Positions 28,942 through 64,000 of a stretch of DNA of 64,000 nt are shown here, piece by piece (the first letter of the stretch is position 1; each line of letters starts with the position of its first letter). Where the stretch lies: contig CM120643.1 in assembly GCA_051362555.1 (NCBI GenBank), forward strand, positions 28,152,848 to 28,216,847, written 5' to 3'. The position numbers and the translations under genes were made by a program. A model generated the notes under the pieces. That model made no database searches and had not been told where the DNA came from. It was given only the letters and a program-made list of their open reading frames with translations. Source of the DNA: Lingula anatina (lineage: Eukaryota; Animalia; Brachiopoda).

Positions 28942-29550
28942 TTAAAAATATTTATTTCGAGTCTAAAATCCATAAAATGTTCAATAGCCTGTACAACATA
29001 AACTACAAAGACGTTTATAGATCAAAATGATTAAGATATATATTATATAAATCAGAACTAGACTAAACTGTAATAAACAGTAATTAAAATCTGCTATAAC
29101 GAATAATATTTCAACTTTTCTGTGTGGATTGTTTTCTTTGTATTTATATGTATAATTTCTTCCTTCATTCACCCTTTCAGTCTCCTACCTGTGCTCTTTA
29201 ACTCTTCGTCTTTATTCAAATATGCAAATGGTTGTGGAGTAAAATTTAAAAATTCATAAATAAAATGTCTTAGAAATGTGAGTTTTCAATTCCTTTTTAA
29301 AAATGCATATGATTCTATTTGTCTAATAAAAATTGGTAACTTATTCCATTCTACCGGTGCATCTACACAAAATATTATGTCACCATATCTTTTAAACTTT
29401 GATTTGGGAACTTGCAGTAAAAGTTTGTCACCAGACCTCAGGGATCTTTGAGGACTATAATGTTTGACCAGATCAATTATATATGGTGGAGCTAGGTTAT
29501 AAAAAGCAGCATGTGTAAAAACTAAAACCTTAAATAAAATTTTCATCCAT
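28900..29550 (-). mobile_element. L2/CR1-group LINE 3' end
   Basis: ORF2 C-terminus ILFKVLVFT.....APPYI.DL...Y.PQRSLRS....LL.VPK.....YGD..F...AP..WNKLP..IR, followed by a 3' UTR ending at a simple-repeat tail. Confidence 0.8.
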
Positions 29551-29678
29551 CTTCTCGTAATACTAGTATCAACGGTATCAACATAAGTATCAACGGTTTA
29601 TCTTTTTTTATCGTTCATGTACTATATATGCATATGTAATGACACTAATCTGTTTCATTTTTTCTTTCAGGTTTCCAA

Positions 29679-33310
<3,632 letters not shown>

Positions 33311-33509
33311 GAACATATTTCCAAAAGATAATAAGGATTCAATTGGACAAAATAGCTACATATTTTTTTCCTTTTGCACTGTCTGGAAATTTTCAAAGTA
33401 TCGTAGTAAAAAAGGTTAATGCATGCATGTTAAACGTGATAAATCCAAAAATACATGCACATTGAATATAAACCCTCTGACATATATAGCCTTGCCTCTT
33501 ACTACTACA

Positions 33510-34290
33510 TTATTTTACCCAACTAAACGCCTGTTTATACATGTATGCATCTATTTACTTTTAATAAATCCGAAATGCAAATAAACAAGTCATTATCCAA
33601 TGCTTGCGTTTTTATTCAGCTTCTTGATGGATTTTTTCCATTAAATTTTACCAATTGTACGACTAATGAATATTTACGATTCCAGTTGATCACTTCCAAC
33701 TCCCCGACCCAGTGGTAGCCAAAACGCACACACCATACCACATAACTGATTTTCGGTTAGTCCTGTCCACCAATGGCAGAAAATTCGAAAAAAAAAAAAA
33801 ACTTCTCATCAACCGTCCTGAAAACCTTACGAGCCCATGACTTCTGCCAACACATAACCTGCTCTCATCTGAGAGTAATATCATCAATTGTTAAGTCATA
33901 GACTGCCTGGTGTCCGCTCGAGAATTCTGATACGCCATCATAATATTTGATTATCATTGTTCTTCTATCGCCACTCCTGCCTAAATAACTGTGGTTGTCC
34001 AGGTGTCTACCACCGGAAAAAACATAGAAACATGGTTTGCCCTTTTTTACTTTTTGCTGTCAAGTTGTATAATGTCATGAAACGTTCTCTGCGAGTAGGA
34101 ATATGAGCACTATCTCATCCCTGGGTGTTGCCCCATAGGTTGTCCTGACCTAAGCAATCTTACCAAATATCCCTGTTTGGTAATGACGTTGTCTAACCCT
34201 CTGACTGATTATTTGTGGAAATGCCCAGTATGTTGGCAATTCTGCGCTACGAAAATAAATTCGCCTTTATCAGCTGTATTGTCGAAATTG
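33510..34290 (-). mobile_element. Degenerate Tc1 relic in the gene 2 3' region
   Basis: ILLSDESRLCV...GLVRF (Tc1 DES motif). The segment is absent from the homologous gene 1 3' flank. Confidence 0.6.
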
Positions 34291-35168
34291 TAACCTTCTC
34301 ACTTAAAAGCCATATTAGTTAAATATAGAAGGCGTTTTCACGATGATCAGTTGCCTATTCGTTAATTAATTAAATAAAAGCCATGGGTACTGTTGTAACA
34401 ATTTGCAGAAATGGAGTAACACACGTCTTAGCAGGGTAGTCTATATGATAATGTATATTCGTATAGTAATTGACTACCATGTTTTACATGCAGGGGTATT
34501 CTCGAACTTTGTTTTGACTCTTTAGAGATTCCAAGGAAATACATTATGAAAAAACGATGTTGTAATTTAGACCAATTCCATCCCCAAAATAGTCCATCTA
34601 GCATGAAAATCAAAACAATACACTAGAACTAACACCCTCAACAAATGTTGCTGTACCGAGTAAGAAAACGAAATAAGTTACACCCCATTTCCATAGATTT
34701 TTAGATCTATCTATCCCTGTAATCACTAGATTACTGTCAGCTTGGCCGGCTTAAGCGTCTGTCCCGCCTACTAAAAGCTGTAAGGGGGTAATTAACTATG
34801 GTGTCCACTCGGCTGACTGCAATTTACCGTGAACCCCCAGGGAGTTAGGTCGATCTAAATCTTAATCTTTAGATCGATCTAAATCTCTGGGAAAGCACCC
34901 CTACACTTCACTCGTTATTGTTATTTGCATATATTGCCATACGTGTAATATACAAAGAAATACAGACACGTGTTCATTTAAATTATGAATAGCATTAAAA
35001 TGTGAATGGTGACAAATTAAGAACATAAAACAATGCATTCATATGCTAATTGTGGATCAAGAGTTAACGTCATTTTACATCTTTAACTACCAGACTTGAA
35101 AAGCAGTTTGGTTGTTAAATAAGCTGAATAACTAATCTGAACATGAGATATTGCCTTTACTCTCCTAG

Positions 35169-35252
<84 letters not shown>

Positions 35253-36122
35253 CGGCATTTTACAAAGCCTCCTTTTCAATCCCCTGTCTTCATTTCCTAT
35301 TTACCATCTGGTATATGACGTCTGTCTAGAAAGGTGCAGCAAGGTACCCCCTTATCTTCTCCAACCTGGGTGGACATCTTGGGCAAGTGTAATTTTTTCA
35401 CAAAGTGACATATAATTATCAATACCGAAGAATTACGACAGACTCTATGCCTTTGACGTAAGGTTAAAAGCATTATAAATTATAACTTCTAAGATTTTCA
35501 ATAAGACGTTTCTATATTTTGTTCAGATAGGCGTGAAGGGCAACCCCCAGGCAAACAGAGGCATGGACTGTGACGCTTTAGAGCCTGAGGTATAGTTCTC
35601 TTCTCTCATAGCATCTTGAAAAATTATTCTTTTCAATTTAAAAAAAAAAAACATTCTGTGGTGAAAAACATTTGGTTTTTAGAGAGACTAAACATGTTTT
35701 TATCCACATGTCATGATGTTTTTATCCTTCATCACAGGATCATATATGTGGCTGACCCACGAATTAGAAAGCATTGACCTTTTTCGTGGTAACGGGAAGT
35801 CATGATTTCAAATCCCGGATGACACATGCCAGTTCACCACTACAACTAGCTGACCCCGCAAAACGACAACAAATTATTGCTCAACATTATCACAAAGTCT
35901 GCGTCGTTAATTATATTTCTTTACTCTTTGCTTTAAAGTCAGTGTAAACAAAATGAAAATAACAGCATCTGAAATCATCTAACTAAAAACGTTTGGCTAT
36001 TACGTAAGATTGTCACTTAAATGATTGATATTTGGATGCCTTGGGGTCTGTGAAAGGGAGTAGCCCCTGCCCCCTCCCCTGGACGAATTACTTTTAAGAA
36101 CCCGGTAAAGAAGCACGGTTAA

Positions 36123-36375
36123 CAGTGGCGGATTTAGGGGGTGTCAAATGGGAGGGCCTGACCCCCTCCCCAGATTCCTGATAAAAAGGCACACCAATGG
36201 TCCATTCTTAAAATTTGAATATTTTTACTGAATCATAATTCTAAACCGTACCAAGCGGCACCGTTCGCCCTCTAAAATACCATTCTTTTGGTCCCCGGAA
36301 TCCCACAATAAGGGAGGGGGTCGAATTAGCATCTGCTGACCCCCCCCCCTTCAAAAATTCCCGAATCCGCCCCTG
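36123..36375. mobile_element. CAG-ended MITE
   Basis: CAGTGGCGGATTTAGGG / GAATCCGCCCCTG termini; no clear TSD. Confidence 0.55.
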
Positions 36376-37143
36376 TAGTACCATGTCTAGCACCCAGGAA
36401 TTGGAGGGGGTGTTGTGAGAGTTGTATATACTCAAAGGATATTCTCCTTTGAAGACCAGTCTAAAAAGTAATTTTATGCAATAAAAATACAGTTTACTAT
36501 AAAGTGTGTTTTATTTTCTTCTAATTCCTCAACACTTAAGTACATGCAGCCTAAGTGCAATGTTTAACAGGATCTTACACGTTGTAATACAGCAACTAGG
36601 TGGGGAATGTTTAAAATATTTTCAATACATCAGTAATAATTTTGGTGACATTCTACTCAAATAACTTTGCCATATTTTTGTATGCTGCTTCAATACCAAT
36701 AGCTGCCGTCGAAAGCGTGGCGTTTTCATTTCTTTTCTAACAAGGTATCAGTGTACACTCACTGTTATTACAATTTCTGAGTAATGATTTATGTCAAATT
36801 TATGTCAAAGTGATTATAGATTCTGTAACACCTATCTCAGGTCGTCTACTGTCGTTACTCTCTTGCCATTAATTAGAAAATAACAAGAAATTATCGAAAT
36901 ACCCTACAACACATTTGTTTGACTTGAAGCCTATTAAAGCACAAGCAAAGCATATTAAGTGAAATAGAATCAGAATAATTAAACAAATGGTGTTCATGAA
37001 ATCCGGGAACTTAACATTAAAGTAATAAAAAGTAAACCATTCTCAACAAAAAAGTCATTAAAACATTAAATTGGCAAGGGACTCATTTAAGCGCTGAATT
37101 TAACACATCTTATCCGCGAGAAATGTCTGAACATTTTCAATTA

Positions 37144-37366
37144 GGGAAATTTCTCGGCTGATGAACACCGTGTTACAAAATTTTTGACACCTTATTACGT
37201 GAAGTTGGACATAGACATTGACACGGCATATATAAATGAACTGTGCATGAACTTTTGAGATTAAAACAAATAAGACATGATGTCGCCATTAAGTTGCCAC
37301 AGTCTTCCCTCTGATCTCTGTCAGTATAGTAGCGCCTTGTGTTCAGAAGTGTGACGTTTTCACTTG
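37144..37366 (+). promoter_or_regulatory. Putative gene 3 promoter and non-coding first exon
   Basis: kB-like GGGAAATTTC at 37144-37153, TATAAA at 37231-37236 and a donor G/GTAAGT after 37366. The signal exon starts with an acceptor only 8 nt before the ATG, so an upstream UTR exon is required. Confidence 0.45.
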
Positions 37367-38342
37367 GTAAGTATCCTGTATAATTTCAACCATATTCAAT
37401 CTGTATGTAATTGCTTCATTAGACTTACTCTTATTTAGGAGTAAAAGGCCTGGTAAAGCTCTGGAAAAAACACTTAGAGTTACCTGTATACAGTGATAGG
37501 GTTTTCAATAGAAACAAGATTCTGTTCATTAAATAAGAGGCTGTAAATGGCAAAATGTGACTTAAGTTTGGACAATTAAAGCACGGCATGTCAAAATTAA
37601 ATTATATCCAAGTAGCATGTGATGTGTAAATGAAGTACAGCGTTATGCAAACATCACCATGTTACGAGTTTTAACGTTTTGATATATTAAAATAGGCAGA
37701 CACCACTTGCAGCCATTGCCGAACAGTAGGTCATAGACCTGAACCAGATCATACATATTCAAGTTTGAATTGGAATCTATATTTAGTAAGTAAAAAAAGT
37801 GCATGAAAGGATATTGGGGGAAAAAGCAGCTCTTTGGTTATAATAGAGGGCATAGATGTAGATGCAGCAAGAGAAGAGAGGATTTTATGACACCTAAATG
37901 TGTGGAACAGCAGTTTTGAAAATAATAGTACCTTACAGAACGGAAGAATGCAAATGTACCCTTCTTTGATGCACCAAAGGAAAAAAATATATAGACTAAG
38001 ATGACATTCAAGGCTTAGGATTATGTGTACTGGTAGACATCAACAGATATCTTTAAGTAATCAGATGAAATAAGAAAAAAGAAAGAAATCGACTTTTGAA
38101 GCTGTTTCGTTATCCTTGTTTTGAAAAGATTTTACATAAAGAAGGGTGTCTGGAGGCAAGTTCTGACGTAAAGGAGTTGAAGGCTATCAACCTAATGGCA
38201 ACGTTTTCTGCCTCACTGGTACTTTTGTTTCTTCTTTGATCTATCTCTTCATTATATCAGGTAGAACGTTTCGTCTTTTTTATTAATTTATTATTTATGA
38301 ACAGGTTATAGTGTAGTTTCTGCTTTTCTTTCAGGTTTCCAA

Positions 38343-61246
<22,904 letters not shown>

Positions 61247-63696
61247 ATCTTGGCACAGATGAGTTTACGTTTGTGGGAAGAAATAATGAATGCAAAACGC
61301 ACTTCCCGACTACCACACAGTGGTACCAAATACGACACTCCTCGATTTACAAATAAACATTTGTTTGGTACCAAGAGGAACTAATTACACTGACTCTATC
61401 GACGCATTTGGTGGACTTATGAAAGATAATAGCAGCTGAGCGTTCACACAATATTTTCTAGTATGCATCGACAAACCTGCTTTTCGAAGCGTGTTATCCC
61501 CCTGTATCACAGCAACCTAAAAGACTCGATCCCCTCAACATTTACACTTTTCAACATGTCGTATTTGTAACATGTTTTTATTTTCGAATTTGTTTTCATT
61601 TTTGGCTGGCTGTTATATACCCAATGAACTTCTACAGCCAATAGAGTAAAGGGAAATAAACTTAATAGTGCATGTGATCATAGCTTGTTGAGATCAGTAA
61701 TGATGGATCAACGTTTAAGTTAATGCACTTTGAACGTAGAAGAGAGTGACGGAAAATATTGCTTATTTGACAAAACATCTAAGCATATAACGTTAACGCT
61801 GTGACAGGAATGGAAGTCCTGGGAATGGAAGTCTGGGGTCCATGTGATTACTAAAGATTAGGTTTATTTGGAGTATTAATGTTAGTATAGGGGGAAATGT
61901 CACCTGTAAAAAGTAATAGTGATCGGACTACGGTTACTACTTTTATGACTATTTTTCCTTGCCACACCGGCTTCAACTGAGCATGTGACAATGGATGCAG
62001 GGAAGATGGGCATTTTGTGCACGTATGACGTCAGTGCAGGTCGATGGGATGTGCTACACTTTAAATGATGACGTAAAGTGATATTTCGTGTAACCTGTGG
62101 ATACAAAGTTATACAAAACTAGTGATAATTGAACAATGTACAAACGTTTGGCTTCATCTGCAGAAGTAAATATTTCAAACCAGTTACATATGTGACATGC
62201 AATGTAGGCCTATGTATTATACAGGGGTAATTACTGTGTATGAACGAGGAGCTCTCCTGGGAGAAGCTATATATCCAATGAACCGTGAGACCAGTGTGAT
62301 AATTAACGTGTACTTAGATAGATGCACGTTTCTTTTACAATATTTGTTACCTTTAACGTAATATTATGTATTTTTGTATAGTATGCAATTAATATCTAAT
62401 TTATACAGACAGGGAAAAAATTGAGAGGAGTACGTAAGACCAAGCAAAATTATATCTAAACCAAAGAATTGGGGAAATGCAAATGCTTTGCCTGGCCAAT
62501 ATTTCATTTTTCTGAATATTTTCACACTTTTCTCTTAATCACCAAGCTATATATTCAAAACTGTTCACATTATATCGATCCATATTAATTTTTATTTACT
62601 GAAGTAATGGATATATAGATAATTATTAGATAACACCTGGCTCGTGGCCTAAAATGACACGAGGGAGCCATACTGAATCCTGATCTGACCTGTCTAAGGG
62701 CTCCAGGCAGTTGTATCTCAGGTCACGTAGTCCGAGGTCAGGGAAGGTTCCCCTCAGTTGAAGAGCAAAGCGAAACCAGTTCCTTATCGTTTATTTCAAG
62801 GTAAGTCGGTGGAGTGGCCTATGTTAGTCTAACGTGAGAACTATTATATATTAGAAGTGGGCAATAAAAGTGAAATAAACTATGTTCTCCTCAGAACTGT
62901 TACGTTTTTCATTTCGCACCGCGTTAAAACCGTCTCACTTGGTGGTTTAGTTGAATGATCGTCTAACCTATATTAGCGGAGTCCTATACAATTGTTTTTA
63001 TATCAAGCATAAACTATTGTGTATATAGGCAAGATTATTATTATTATTATTATTATTATTATCAATGTAGGAATGATATGGAAGAAGTAAAAAATTGCAC
63101 ACTTTGGTGCACGACTGTATTACGATAAGTAGCACAAAGTTTCATGCGATAGCAGTCCTATTTACCGTTTCAGGTGTCACGTAGGTAGCCCTACAGGGCA
63201 GTCCCTTGAAATACAGGGCATGGGTCCCATTTATTTGCACAGGGAAGCCCTCTGCATGATTATAACATAATAAATCACGCTAACCAAATATATATTATGT
63301 ACAGACAAATGATAGGCGGATTACCAACGATATTCGAAAAAAGTAAGGGATATATCCTGAATTTTACGCCTACTTGTGATAAGTCTGATTCGTCTCAGAG
63401 CAAACCCAAAAATAAATATATATCAATCATTAAAAAAGACAAAAATATAAAGAGATAATGAATTATTTTTTAACATCATTTTCTATCTCTATAGCAAAAT
63501 TACATTATTATAAGTAAAGTAAATTTAATTATTTCCTCAGAAACATCGTCCATATAATGTTTTGTTTTCAAGGTCAACAAATTTGGATAGCGGTATTCAG
63601 TTGTTAAAATGGCTGCTAACAACTTGATAGTTGATCCAGAGGATATGACGTCTTTGCTGCTATATATAAATGCCGTGTCTCTCTCTGTGTGTGTGT

Positions 63697-63739
<43 letters not shown>

Positions 63740-64000
63740 AGAACACATTAGTCAGTTTGATTGCGCAATGTCTTTACAGGCCCGGGGAGCAACATTGCAT
63801 TAGAACCTAGTACAGAAATATTAAATGTAGGTGTGATAAAGTGGTATGGAAGATCATTGTACGTTTAACTCTTTTGACAAACATCACGGAATGTTATCGC
63901 CTGTCATAGCAAAGGGCAATCGCATATCCTATCAGTCAAAACTAGATTGCAAGTGGTAAGCAGACGGGTGATAGTTGACATGTCGCAATACCATCGGTCC

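Noticed and set aside
35143-35415. Low-complexity ORFs (poly-YI, poly-Y, poly-N, poly-HT; also 9958, 28824, 40489, 63500)
   Set aside because: Translations of microsatellites.
37800-38280. Possible Penelope GIY-YIG relic upstream of the gene 3 signal exon
   Set aside because: Similarity was only impressionistic; no diagnostic motif could be read in frame.

Overview
AT-rich eukaryotic DNA, probably from a marine invertebrate such as a mollusc (inferred from the TE and gene types, not proven). The + strand carries a tandem cluster of three secreted, multi-domain group-A scavenger-receptor cysteine-rich (SRCR; DMBT1/SSC-like) genes. Gene 1 shows 7 domains and its signal exon lies upstream of the window. 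Gene 2 has a signal exon and 3 domains, with a frameshift in the last exon. Gene 3 has a signal exon and 6 domains. Every SRCR domain is split into an 'A' exon (phase 1 to 2) and a 'B' exon (phase 2 to 1), and there are clear signs of exon-level gene conversion and mosaicism. Introns and intergenic DNA are packed with transposons. These include an intact BEL/Pao LTR retrotransposon with apparently identical 400-bp LTRs, nested in two PIF/Harbinger elements and lacking a tRNA PBS (a Tf1-like self-priming site is proposed), and a 7.2-kb Helentron-type element carrying other TEs. There is also an intron-containing Ginger integrase relic, a head-to-head Tc1 foldback, several CAG-ended elements with 5-bp TSDs, Gypsy, LINE and Tc1 relics, and a degenerate hammerhead-like motif. 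All coordinates and comparisons were read by eye and may be off by a few bases.
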